This document shows, one piece after another, positions 13,518-27,000 of a stretch of DNA of 64,000 nt. Within the stretch, counting starts at the first letter, position 1. Each line of letters opens with the position of its first letter. The notes under the pieces are model-generated. The model was not told the DNA's origin. It was given only the letters and a program-made list of their open reading frames with translations, and ran no database searches. Made by a program: the position numbers and the translations under genes. This stretch comes from Octopus bimaculoides (taxonomy: Eukaryota), in assembly GCF_001194135.2 (NCBI RefSeq), contig NC_068981.1:2408068-2472067 (forward strand). The letters are read 5' to 3'.

Positions 13518-14130
13518 TTGGACTTGGTGCTGCATTCTCTTTGCAGTTTCAGCTGATTCTTGCACCTCAAACAACTATTTGTTAACTGTCCTGTATAAAT
13601 GGCAAATCTGAGACCAGTCTGTTTTGTCAGCCAATACATAGGTTCTCTGATCAGCGGTGACTCGCAGCCATGATACATTCTTAACACAAAGGACTTCAAA
13701 TTCACATAGCAGCAGGTTTAGTGATCTCTCTCACTCACACACGCACACACGCATGCATGTATGTGGTTAATGTGATAGTGTTTTCTTCTTCAATACCAGT
13801 TGTCAAATCTCTGGCAATGTTGATCTTCAGTTTCACTTCTGTAGAAAACTATTTGGAACACAAGTCTTTTTCTGCATTGCTCGTTTGCTCTTCGGGACTA
13901 TAGAAGAGTTGTTGGTCACATTAGGAACTATATTGTTATGATTAACCAATAGGTATCAAAGATTATTCCAAATAAAGATATATCCATCTTTTATAGCTGG
14001 ATATCTAAACCATCCTGAAAAAATATTGTCGTCTGTTTGTGTTGCTTTGAAGCACCCTTGAGCTTATCAAGTGTGATCTTAATTCCTTTTGATCTGTTAT
14101 GAGCCCTAGGACTGAAGGCCAGGCATTAAA
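13515..14130 (-). mobile_element. Decayed R4/Dong-like LINE fragment next to (ATT)n
   Basis: Frameshifted remnants (NVSWLR…CESPLI…, CLRC) abutting the (ATT)n tract at 13476-13516. Confidence 0.4.
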
Positions 14131-15617
14131 ATGATTGAGATTACAAGACACCCCACTGAACAGCCCATTGCAGGATTGCTGGAACTCATTTACAGCTGAG
14201 TGGACTGGACTAACGTGAAATACAGTGTTTTGCTCAGAAACACAACACCCTACCTGGTCAGGGAATTAAGACCATAATCTTAATGATCGTGAGTGCAACA
14301 TGCTAACCACTGGGCCATAATACCCACCAGCTATATCTGGCCCAAATATTCTACCTGTTTTATGTTCAAACTGGCCATATTCAGCCTCTCACACCTACCT
14401 TACTATGTCATTCTAAAAATAAACAATCACCTCATCAAAATCTCAAAACTACAAGAAAATGCATCGTTAATTAAAAACAATGTGAATACATAATTAATGC
14501 TAAAGGGTTAAACTGAAGACAACAATATTGTCAGTGTAGTCAATGCCTGACTGTTGTATCCTGGTCTAGAAGAACTCTGACTCTCAGCTGGAGCTACTAA
14601 CATCCAGTCGATCACATGGTTGAATTGGGTTGCTTGGAGGGCACAGTTTTGTTGAGCTCCACTTTCAACCTCAAAATGCTTGTTAACTGTGGTACAAAAT
14701 CTGTTCCATGATAGTCTAGTGACAGAGAATACAGTTGGAAGTGGTCAGAATCCACAAATATGATGACCTTGACCTGTTGCAGTGACTCTCAAGTGTTGTG
14801 GAAAGTGTGTTTATGTTACAGAACCATGAGTTAAAGGAATGGGTCCACCAAGTTTTTGGATTGAGATGTGTGCAGGTATTTCACAATTGGTGTTGAGGAA
14901 AAAATGCTTCGTCGTTTCCACAGTGACACTGTTTATCAACAGTAGAACCATTTGACTGAAATAGACGTTCAAAGTTCAGCCCACTCTGTTGAAATGTGTA
15001 TACATGTATATTGTGTGTGTGTGTGTAGATCACCTTCAGCTAGAGCCCAGACTAATTAATGCATTATGTAAAGCATATGTTGGTTGTGTGTGTTAATTAT
15101 GGACCAACACCCATTTAACTCAAGACACCAGAATGAAACTGTATGAAGCCTTTAAAGAGTAAATGTAATTTGAAAACTGTCTTCTTTAATTTTTACATCA
15201 TCGTTTCATGTCATGTCCATTGTCCATGCTGGCATGGGTTGGATGGTTTGACCAGGGCTGGTAAGCTGAGGGGTGGCACCAGACTCCAGAGTGTACTGGG
15301 TGCTTTATATATGGCTTGGTTCGTAGACCAACTGCTGCCCCTTAACAACCTCTGATGTAAAAGGAGAGGCTGAGAAACCCACAAAAGGGATTTTCTGTTG
15401 GTTCTCTTTAAAAACATTTGCAAATGACACCCAATATTGACTGAGATTGATACAGCTGGGAGATGATAGATGGCTAATGAGAAATGGCTAAATTACTAAA
15501 GATGAGGGACCAAAAACAAAAGAAATGGGCAGGAAAAAAGGAAACCTGACAACTCACTTCAGTTGATACACTTAGAGCCAGTTTGAAAAAGTCAGAGACG
15601 CTAAAATAATGGTTTAA

Positions 15618-15837
15618 CTCCTTAGCATTTAAACCGGCCATATCCGGCCCAAATATTCTACCTGTTTTATCTTCAAATGGGGCCAGACCTGAACTCTCAC
15701 ACCTAACTTCCAGTGCCATTCTAGAAATAACCAATCACATCATTGAAGTCTCAAAGCTTTGAGGTAATGCATGATTAATTCAAAACAATGTGAATAAAAA
15801 GCATTACGTTAGACCAAGTAATCTGAATGCTGAAGGA
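15618..15837. mobile_element. piggyBac-like MITE with TTAA TSD
   Basis: TTAA|CTCCTTAGCATT…AATGCTGAAGGA|TTAA; sister copies at 51130-51332 (TTAA both sides) and 14330-14507 (ends AATGCTAAAGGG|TTAA). Confidence 0.8.
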
Positions 15838-16228
15838 TTAACATTACCATTGACTTCCAAACTGAGAGATGCCAGTGCAATATTTACATCTGTGCAGACC
15901 ACATACATCCACATATATAATATGATTTGTCTGCTGGTGTTCACATTGGTAGGCTTATGATTAAGGTAGATTCCACTGTTTCTTCTACTGAAATTGTTAA
16001 TGTAGTCACTCTTCACTGCCTTAATCAATGAGATATTTTATTGTAAAACATCATCATTGTCTATTGATATTAGCTTTTTGCCAGCTCAATTTCAAGTTGG
16101 TAGTTTTTTGTATAATGTGCAGGGATTTATGATTTGTTGTTAATAGAAGTTGTTGAAATGATGTTGATGTTTATACAGCTCTAATTCAAACAAATGTCAT
16201 TTTGAGTATGTTTGTTTATTTACTCAGT

Positions 16229-16608
16229 GGAGGCGCAATGGCCCAGTGGTTAGGGTAGTGGACTCGCAGTCATAGGATCGCGGTTTCGATTCCCAGACTG
16301 GGTGTTGTGAGTGTTTATTGAGCGAAAACACCTAAAGCTCTACGAGGCACCGGCAGGGGGTGGTGGCGAACCCTGCTGTACTCTTTCACCACAACTTTCT
16401 CTCACTCTTTCTTCCTGTTTCTGTTGTGCCTGTAATTTAAAGGGTCAGCCTTGTCACACTGTGTCACGCTGAATATCCCCGAGAACTACATTAAGGGTAC
16501 ATGTGTCTGTGGAGTGCTCAGCCACTTGCACGTTAATTTCACGAGTAGGCTGTTCCGTTGATCGGATCAACTGGAACCCTCGTCGTCGTAAGTGACGGAG
16601 TGCCAACA
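16229..16608 (+). mobile_element. Full-length tRNA-headed SINE with 14-bp TSD
   Basis: A-box TGGCCCAGTGG, B-box GGTTTCGATTCC; TSD TTTATTTACTCAGT at 16215-28 and 16609-22; decayed minus copy near 28580-28730. Confidence 0.9.
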
Positions 16609-18657
16609 TTTATTTACTCAGTAGGCGTGAGTGTGTGGTTGAAAAGCTTCCAGCCACGGGGCTGTCAAGTTTAGTCCCACTGCATGGCACCTTAGGCAAG
16701 TGCTTGCTATAGCCCCAGGTTATGTAAATGGATTTGGTTGATGGAATCCTATTGTGTATGTATGCACACACACACACATGTATATAAATGTGTTGTGTTT
16801 AGATGTCTAGACATTATGCAATGGTTGTAAATGTTTTCAACTGTTTACTGTTAGCTGTTTAGTTTCAAGTCAATTCTGATGGAGCAAACCTTTGATTGAA
16901 AGTGTTCTAATTGCATTAGTACTGTCTTTTGTTGCTTGTTCTTTTTTGTTTTTCTTTCTTTCAGCCATCGTGTATCTAGGACTACATTGTCTAATAGGCC
17001 CCTTTTTTTAAGATTGCAGCAGGTTTGTTTGGGCCTAGCAAAAGGAGGAAGGGCCACACCTATGAACCTTGTTGCATAACTTCTAAGACTGGTCAAGTAA
17101 AAAGTAGAAGCCCCAGTTGACAGATGATCCTGAAACTGGAGACCTGGTCTGAGTGCTTGCGACAGAGTGGACTTAAATAGTCCGTCAATGGTCGGCCAGG
17201 TGTTAAATCAAGCAATGGATTTGCCACTTCTAGCAGTCAAGTGACTATACAGAGGCTCCCTTTTTAGCTCTAACTGTCTGCTTGTTTTTCTATTTTGGTA
17301 ATGAGCATAATTTATCTCCTGTCAATTGTTTCTAGCAGTGTAGCATTCTTTGAATATTAACTGCTGCATAAACTAACTCCTGACTATATAGCAAACCTCC
17401 TGGGTATTTCTTTTTAGTTTCTTTTCTTTTTTTTTTTTTTGTGCAATACTCTAGTCTCTTAATTGTAGAATGTCAAACATGACCATTGTATATTTGTCTC
17501 CTAGTATACATTGCTGTGTATGTATATTATTGGCTTCTTTCAGTTTCCATCTACCTAATTCATTCAAGGCTTTGGTCAGCCCAGAGCTCTTGTAGAAGAC
17601 GCTTGCCTCAAGGTGCCAACACAACAGGACTGAACCTAAGACCACATGCTTAGGATGCAAGCTTCTTAACCATTCAGCAAGACGCGCGCGCACGCACACA
17701 CACACACACACACACAAATTATTGAGCTTTAGCTAATCTGTGTACATTAATTGGCATAAAAGAAATGTAAGTGAAGCTTAGAATTTCAATCCTTTTTCTC
17801 AACTTAATTCTAGATACAGTTGTATAGTGTAATGACATCTTTTTTCATGTGTGTATTGCATCTAGATGAGGTGTTAGCTCCCGCAAGCCCTGATATTACA
17901 GTCAGTTTTGATATACCCATTAAGTTTCTGTTTGGTTTCTGAAACCCTGTTAGCAGTCTGAGTTTTTTTTACTCTCCACACCATGCTGGAGTTAGTTCAA
18001 TGTCTTTCTCTACTCTACCTCTTCATCAGAGTATGCAATTAATAGTGAAACTAGTCGGAGTACTTCAGTTCTAGACAGCTATGGTCTGATAGACCTCTGA
18101 TCAAATACACTCCAGCTAATGACCATTTCAAGTATTCTCTTCAGGTAGTGAATCCAAGATTACTTCATCCAATATGACCTTCAACTTTTTCTTTATTATT
18201 TATTTAGGAACAGTTGAGTGTGGCTTGAGGGGAATTTGGCTGCTATTTCTTTCTGCCCCTCCTCCCCATATTCGTGTAAAGCGACCATGTAGCCTTACTG
18301 GATGGCTCAATAGTTAATAGATTTAGTAAACTAAGCTCAGTGTTTATCCTTAATTGTTTTAGTATTGATGAAATGAATACCAATTAGGTTATTTTGGCCG
18401 ATGAGGTTGGTACTAAAATAGTTGCAGTTTGGCAGTTAATAGTGTTTGCTCAGACTGCTAGAGACAGCAGCAAAATCCCTTTCAGAATATACCTACTGTC
18501 TTTAAAAAAAGAAAACACTCAATGGATACTAGAGTGCTAGGACTAAAAGAATTAGGAAAAAAAAAAAAGAGCTGGATGGCCATGGCTGAGACACCACCTG
18601 ATCTATCCGGGTTGACTTGGAGCTAAACTACAACTACTAACTTTTATTATTATTTTA

Positions 18658-18700
<43 letters not shown>

Positions 18701-18808
18701 NNNNNNNNNNNNNNNNNNNNNNNNNNNNNNNNNNNNNNNNNNNNNNNNNNNNNNNNNNNNNNNNNNNNNNNNNNNNNNNNNNNNNNNNNNNNNNNNNNNN
18801 NNNNNNNN

Positions 18809-18864
<56 letters not shown>

Positions 18865-19376
18865 TTCCTTCCTTTCGTCTATTTTCAGATATTCTTTTAC
18901 TTTTTGTTTGTTTTCGATTCGTTAATTGGTACTATTCATAACTGTCAGTAATTTTTTTTCTTCTTTTTTTTTCCCATTTATAAATCAAATTATTTTCTGG
19001 TTTCAAATTGTTATTGTCTTTCTGTGTTGTAGTAGTAGTAGTAGTATGTTATAATCTTGATGTCCATGTCTGCAATCTAGATCAAATACTACTTATTGAA
19101 ATTATGTATCTCCAAGCTAATCAACTTTTCAGTGTTCTCATTCTCACATCACTTCAGTGTTGCTATCTCACACTATTANNNNNNNNNNACACACACACAC
19201 ACACTCTACACTCGAAACGTTAATAACTCGGTTTAGAAAAAAAACAGCCATGATAAACGTTTTCAAGTTCATAGTTAGAGACAAGTATGATAATGCCTCA
19301 AACATAACGGGGCAGCGTTATGTGTCGAGGGTAGTTCCACTTCCCTGCAGCTATTAGATTTGATGTGTATTCTTTT

Positions 19377-19740
19377 GTTTGTTTCAGTTATGTGACTGCG
19401 GCCACGCTGGAGCACTGCCTTTAGTTGAACAAAGTGACCCCAGGACTTATTCTTTGTAAGTCTTGTACTTATTCTATCGGTCTCTTCTGCTGAACTTCTA
19501 AGTTACAGGGGCGTAAACACACCAACATCAGTTGTCAAGCGATGGTCGGGGGGACAGACACACAAACACACACACATATATATACAACTGGCTGCATTCA
19601 GTTTCCGTCTACCAAATCCACTCAAAAGGCTTTGGTTGGCCCAAGGCTATAGTACAAGACACTTGCCCAAGGTGCCGTGCAGTGGGACTGAACCCAGAAC
19701 CATGTGGTTGATAAGCAAGCTACTCACCACACAGCCACTC
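19377..19740 (-). mobile_element. SINE family A copy (inverted partner at 19948-20130)
   Basis: Same family sequence, reverse orientation. Confidence 0.85.
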
Positions 19741-20310
19741 GTAAACAAATAGTTCTCAACTGTTTTTTTTTATCTAAGGACCTCTTTGATCCCGATTAAA
19801 TTTTGGTGGATCCTCCCAGCCATTCAATGTGTAAAAGCTAGTTCATTGATACTTCTTTCAAAATTTCCATTTTATTTTTTACACGCTAACTTGTGTAGGT
19901 TAAACTATGTAACATGTTTGAGAAAGAAATTTAGCTATTTCTCGCAATTGGTTGTGTGGTAAGTAGCTTGCTTACCAACCACATGGTTTCCAGGTTCAGT
20001 CTCACTGTGTGGTTCCTTGGGCAAGTGTCTTCTATAGTTTCAGGTCGACCAAAGCCTTGTGTTTGGATTTGGTAGACAGAAACTGAAAAGAAGCCTGTTG
20101 TGTGTATATATGTGTGTGTGTGTGTGTGTGTTCATATATATATTTTTGTGTGAGTCAAAGGTTGAGAAACCAACTAAGAGTTAGTACCTACCCAATATAC
20201 TGCTGGTAGTGTACCCAAATATTCATACGCAAGTGCTAGTTATTGCGTGGCAATCCCGCAGTTGAGTGTTATATATGAGCAGGGGGGTAAAAGGTGGTTT
20301 ACCCTTGATT

Positions 20311-20605
20311 TATATGGCAAATAAGAAAGCAGAGAGGATACAAAATCAACAGACATCGGCTGGTAAACATTCCAGTATGTCTATGCCAGTGTATTAGATG
20401 AATACATACACATGTATCAGTGGTACAGAAAGAGTTGGTAATTGAAACGAGGGTGGGGAAGCAAAGGGTGTTGTTGCAATTACCAATTCTTTCTATTTGA
20501 TAATATGTTTATGTATTCATCCAATACATTTGAATAAATAGACATATTGGAATGTTTACTGTTTGATGCCTGTCGATTTTGTATCTTCTCCACTTTCTTA
20601 TTTGC

Positions 20606-20611
<6 letters not shown>
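20311..20611. mobile_element. Foldback MITE flanked by TA, about 135-bp arms and 32-nt loop
   Basis: 20311-20444 is an imperfect reverse complement of 20477-20611 (tatatggcaaataagaaag / ctttcttatttgctatata). Confidence 0.75.
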
Positions 20612-20644
<33 letters not shown>

Positions 20645-20935
20645 TTGTGTGTCTGTGTTTGTCTCCCCACCATAGCTTGACAACTGATGCTGGTGCATTT
20701 ACATCCGCCGTAACTTAGCGGTTCGGCAAAAGACACCGATAGAATAAGTACTAGGCTTACAAAGGAGAAGTCCTGGGGTTGATTTGTTCAACTAAAGGCG
20801 GTGCTCCAGCATGGCCGCTGTTAGATGACTGAAACAAGCAAAACATTTAAGTATTTCAATCAGTTCTGTTGTTAAGATTTTAATTCTTTTACAGCCCATA
20901 CATTTTTTAACAAGTATTTCTCTTTCTCCTTTCAG

Positions 20936-21088
20936 ATGCAAAAAAATTTTTTGATTATTTCTCATACTTTTGGAAATTCTCTGGATACTTGACAGAGATA
21001 CCTGAAAGCTGTCTGCATGCCTTCTATAATAAATATTGTAGTGTTTTGGATGCAAGACATGTCCGAAAAGAAATCACCTTCTCAGAAG
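20936..21088 (+). CDS. ANKRD11/ANKRD12: First coding exon (5' UTR part 20936-21016; in-frame ATGs at 21017, 21050, 21059; MPSIINIVVFWMQDMSEKKSPSQK)
   Basis: Acceptor tctttctcctttcAG|, donor AAG|GTAATG, phase 0 matching the next exon. DMSEK resembles the DMVEK N-terminus of vertebrate ANKRD11 (recalled). ATG 21059 has the best Kozak context (G at -3). Confidence 0.75.
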
Positions 21089-24000
21089 GTAATGTAATAT
21101 TTTGGCTTCTATTTCCTGTTTTGTGGTGTAATAAAAACGTTTATTTCATGTTATTTTGCTTTATGAAATTATACATAATTGGAGTCCAGATTCCAACAGA
21201 CACTTGGAGTCAGGCCAGCTCTATGTCAAACTGTCCAACCCATGCCAGCATGGAAGGCAGACGTTAAACGATGATGATGATACATATATATATATCGTCG
21301 TCATCATCGTTTAACGTCCGCTTTCCATGTTGGCATGGGCTGGACGGTTTGACTGAGGGCTGGCATGCCAGAAGGCTGCACCAGACTCCAATCTGATCTG
21401 GCAAAGTTTCTACAGCTGGATGCCCTTCCTATCGCCAACCACTCTGAGAGTGTAGTGGGTGCCTTATACATGCCACAGGCACGAGGGCCAATCAGGCAGT
21501 ACTGGCATCGACCACGCTTGAATGGTGCTTTTTACGTGCCACCAGCATGGGAGCCAGTCAGTCGGCACTGGCAACAATCACACTTGAATGGTGCCTTATA
21601 CATGCCACCGGCATGAGGGCCAATCAGGCGCTACTGGCAATAATCACACTTGAGTGGTGCTTTTTATGTGCGACCAGCACGGGAGCCAGTCAGCTGGCAC
21701 TGGCAGGCATGCCACGTTTTCACCTCTTCAACAAGATATCTGCTCCTCTCTCTCTCTCTTTCTCTATCAGAGTTTCTTATTCCTCCAATCCATACCCCTC
21801 TCAGTTGAGGGGTATTATCTTGCAAGTACTCAGTTGTCTCACAAGTGCTGGTGTCATGTAAAAAGCACCCAGTATACTCTGTTAAATGGTTGGCATTAAG
21901 AAGATCTTGCAGCTGTAGAAACCTTACCAAAATTGATACAGAGCTTAGGAGAGCAATCTCACTCGTCGGTTCTTGTCAAACTGTCCAATCCATGCCAGCT
22001 GGAAAAAAGGACACCAAATGATGATGCTTCTGTATATACATGGCACTTTGAGCAAGTGTCTATTGTGTTCACCAAAACCTTGTGAATGGATTTCATAGAT
22101 GGAGAAAGAAGCTGTGTGTGTGAGCGATCTCTTTGTCTTGACATTAGTGTAGCCATCATACAAGTTATGTCATTGGTTTTCAGTCTGCAAAACCATTTTG
22201 TCTTTAAAAACGCATGCAATATTTTAAGATTCAAACCTTAAAAGCATGCTTTGAATAGAGAGAGAGAGAGCGAGAGAGATGAACATAATTATAACACTGC
22301 TCATAGATAAGCTGGGTGCCTGTTATCTACATATCTGGAGGTGATGAAGTTGGTGGTTTCTATGCCAGCAATGCGTTCAGGTTGAGCTGACAAAGGCTCA
22401 ATGACATCTCGCTCTCTCTCTCTCTAATCTGCAGGAGATTAATCACACAGTATTACAATAACATGACTCACACTCACTGTTGACTTTATCTATATATCTA
22501 CACAGTTATTCAGTTTTTATGATAGAGGATCTTGATCTTTAAAACCTATCCAAGTTAGAAATATCTTTGCCCCTCCACCACTCCAAGTTACATGTAGCAG
22601 TAAGGTAATACTGTGTGATTAATCTCCTGCAGATTAGAGAGAGAGAGAGCGAGATGTCATTGAGCCTTTGTCAGCTCAACCTGAACGCATTGCTGGCATA
22701 GAAACCACCAACTTCATCACCTCCAGATATGTAGATAACAGGCACCCAGCTTATCAGTAGGGTTAGACTTCTATCTATGAGCAGTGTTATAATTATGTTC
22801 ATCTCTTTCGTTCTATATTCAAAGCATGCTATTTTAAGGTTTGAATCTTTAAATGTTGCACGTGTTTTTAAAGAGAAAATGGTTGTTGGATTTATCATTT
22901 CTGAGGATGGTTTCTTGTTGACTAACGTTGACTAATGATGTGGTAGTTATTTCTTATTGTTCCCAACAACTTAGAAATGTCGGAGTTGAATGCATGCACA
23001 CATCCATACACATACATGCAGATGTCAACTGTCACAATTTTCATCATCATCATCATCATCATCGTTTAACGTCTGCTTTCCATGCTGGTGTGGGTTGGAT
23101 GGTTTGACTGAGGTCTGGAAAGCCAGCGGCTGGACCAGGCTCCAATCTGATCTGGCAATGCTCCGACAGCTGGATGCCCTTCCTAATGCCAACCACTCCG
23201 AGAGCATAGTGCGTGCTTTTTTGGGGCTGTAGTTTTGTGAAAGATACTAGACTTGCAATGAATGGCTATCCCGAAATGTCATCGAGTTAGTCTCTCCTAT
23301 TGCAACATGATGTTGCTAAAACAATAGACACATCAACACTTAATGTCCATCTTCCATACTAGCATAGGTTGGGCAGTTTGATGCTAGTCCCTGAGACCCC
23401 TTTTGGGGTCTCAGGGTGTAGCCTTCCTGAGCTAGTTTTCCACCACATTTCTTAAAAATCGTGGTTGAGGGCTTGGTCTCGGGACCACTCATGTCTAGAA
23501 ACTGCGGGTGGCGGTAAGCAAGGGCATACTCCCTGTAGAGAATCCAGCTCCAAAAAAGCAAAGGAGAATGGGCACCAGCCAGCCCAAAGGTTGGAGTGGG
23601 CTGCACCTGCCTACCTCGGTTGCTATGGCATTGAAGTAGATCCAGCCACCCCTGTTAACGGGGACAAAACCTGGATTTAAAACACTGCATGATGATGATG
23701 GCAAGCCAGAGAACTGCATCAAACTTCACTGTCTGCTTTAGCATGGTTTTTACAGCTGGATGCTCTTTCTAATGTCTACCACTGTATAGAGTAGACTGGG
23801 TGCTTTTACATGGTACCAACACCATCTGGGGTCTGTGTTGGTGTGGTTGTTACAGTTGGATGATCTTTCTAATGCTAATGACTTCATAGAGTGGACTGGG
23901 TGTTTTTTACATGGCACCAGTACATACATACATACATACCAACACAAGGAATATTTGTGGAGCAATCCCATTTAAACTTCTATCAAGTGCAAACTTAACA

Positions 24001-27000
24001 GATCTAATTGTAATTGTTTGGGACACAAAAGAAAAAAAAATACAATCATATTAACTAATCTACCGATATGAATGTTACTTAGTAAAAATAGGAGGCTATG
24101 TACAACTGCTTCAAAGCTCGTTTCTATCTTTTGATTATAAATTACATTTATACCAATAGTTATCGGTACACTTGACTATCTTAATAAATGTTTTAAGTGA
24201 CAATCTTGGAAAGTTAGGGTTTTCAGACCAGGAAAGTGGCCACTTAACACACACTTTATGAATGCAGTCAGTAAGTGGAACAGTAATAAATACACAAGCC
24301 TTCATTAAAGTTCAAAATGTAATATTTATTGTTTTGTTATGCAAATTTCAGCAATTTATCTTTGTTTCTTTGTTAGAAACCATCTTGTTCCTTATTGGAA
24401 GACTTCAAACTATTATAAAGACAGGCAAACACACACACACACACACGCACACACACACACTCTTATCCTCATCATTTTGATGCCCATTGTCCATGCTGGC
24501 ATGGGTTGGACGGTTTGGCCGGGCCTGGCAAGCTGCAAAGGCTGCACCAGATTCCCGTCTGATTCAGCATGGTTTTCTACAGCTGGATGCCCTTCCTAAC
24601 ACCAACCACTCTGAGAGTGTAATAAGTGCTTTTATGTACCGACAGCACAGGTGCCATTTGCATGACATTGGTATCTGCCACATCTGTAATTTTGATCGTC
24701 TTGATGGGTCTTCTTCTCAAGCACAATATAATGCCAAATGTCTCGGTCATTGCCTCTGTGAGGCCCAACGCTCAAAAGGATCTCAGCTACTTTGTTTCCA
24801 TGAAGCCCAACACTTGAAAGGTGCTTTTTATGTGCCACCAGCATGGGTGCCACTTACATGACACCAACATCAGCCACGACTACGATTTCACTTGACTTGA
24901 CTGGTTCTCTTAAAGCACATGCATATTTAATTTTTCTATCAAGCTGTAACATTACATGTTTAACATCTGTTTATACTTGTGTAGTTATGAAGCTTGCTTT
25001 GCAACCTCATGGTTTCAGGTTCAGTCCCACTGTGTGGCACCTTGGGCAAGTGTCTTCTACTACTGTCCTAGGCTGACTAATATCTTGTGTGTGAATTGGT
25101 AGACAGAAACTGTGTGTAAGCCCATTGTATACGCGCATGTGTCATCATCATCATTGTATAATGTCTGTTTTCCATGCTGGCATGGGTTGGAAGGTTTGAC
25201 TGAAGTCTGGAGAGCTAGCGCCTGCACCAGGCGAGTGTCTTTGTTTGTTTGTTACTCGCCATCACTTGACAACTGATGTTGGTTTGTTTATGACCCAGTA
25301 AATTAGCAGATTGGCAAAACTAAGTCAATAAAATAAGTACTAGACTTTTAAAAAAACAACTGGAAATGATTTGTTGGACTAAGACCTTGAGGGTAGTGCT
25401 CCAGCATGGCTGCAAACAAAATGATAAAAGCTACTGCCATCAGGGTATGGTAGAAGCAGAATCTATCCCTTATAGTATTTATTAGTATTGGTTCCCCTAC
25501 GTCCTGAATTCAGATCTGTCTGGAGTCTATAAAATATTTATTTCTTTATTGCCCCACAGGGGCTAAACATAGAGGAGACAAACAAGGACAGACTAAGGGA
25601 TTAAGTCGATTATATCGACCCCAGTGCATAACCAGTACTTATTTAATTGACCCCTGAAAGGATGAAAGGCAAAGTTGACCTCGGCGGAATTTGAACTCGG
25701 AACAAAATACCGCTAAGCACTTCGCCTGGCATGCTAACGATTCTACCAGCTCATCGCCCTTGTATAAAATATTATCAAAAAAAAATGATCTCTGGTCAGT
25801 TCAGTCTGCCATATGTTATCCCTGTTGATGGATGGCTTTGTACTAATGTAAGAAATCTATATTTCTATATCATCATTATCATAACATCCACTTTTCCATG
25901 CCAGCATGGGTCCGATGGAGTTTTTGTTGAGGCATATGTTCTATGGCCAGATGCCTTTCTTGTTGCCAACCCTCACCTGTTTCCAAGCAGTGTATTATTT
26001 CCTCATGGCCAGACATATTTTTGCAGATTATTGAAAGTAAGTGACACTGCTTACATGACAGTGACACTCGTTTACAACTACCACATGATATCAAGACAAT
26101 GAGATGCAAATATACACATATGCACAGCAGGCTTCTTTCAATTTCCATCTACCAATTCTACTCACAAGGCTTTAGTAGGCCTGGGGTTATAGAAGATGCT
26201 TAACCAAGGTACTGCACATTGGAACTGAACCCAAGACCACATGCTTGGGAAGCAAGCTTCTTAACCACACAGCCTTATGATATATTTTCAGCAATGTTAT
26301 TTTATAGTAATTATGTCAATAGAAATAGTTATTATATAATAAAGGCATGGATATCTGGTAAGAAGCTTGCTTCTCTAGTACATGGTTCCAGGTTCAGTCC
26401 CACTTCATGGCACCTTGGGCAAGAATCCTCTACTATAGCCTCAGGCAAACCAAAACCTTGTGAGTGGATTTGGTAGACAGAAACTGAAAGAAGCCTGACG
26501 TGTGTGTCTTTGTGTCTGTGCTTGTCTCCCACCACTGCTTGACAACCAGTGTTGGTGTGTTTACATCCTTGTAACTTAGCAGTTCGGCAAAAGAGAATGA
26601 TAGAATAAGTATTTGGGTCGATTCGTTTGACTAAAAATTCTTTAAGGCTGTGCCCCAGCATGGCCACAGTCTAACGATTGAAATAAGCAAAAGATAAAAA
26701 AATTAACTTAAATTTGCTGAAAATACAGGTTTTTTCATGAAAAAAACCTTCAAAATCTCATGAAATCAACATCTTCCATTGTTATATTTGCCTATTTTTG
26801 TCTTTAACTGTGTGAGATTCTGTGTTACAGCCAGAAGATTTCATTGAACTTTTTGGATTTATTTCAATTTGTTGTTGCAACTATTTGTTTGTCCCTGAAC
26901 AAGACATCAACTCTTCCTTCTTGTTGTATTTTGTTCCTTTTGTACTTTCTCTAGTTTCATGTCTAATCAAGAATTTCTGTCCTGTTGTTTTAGGAGAAGA

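Noticed and set aside
16229-16305. tRNA gene
   Set aside because: Only A/B boxes and a partial cloverleaf, no 3' acceptor stem; continues into a SINE body with a TSD. The same applies to other SINE heads.
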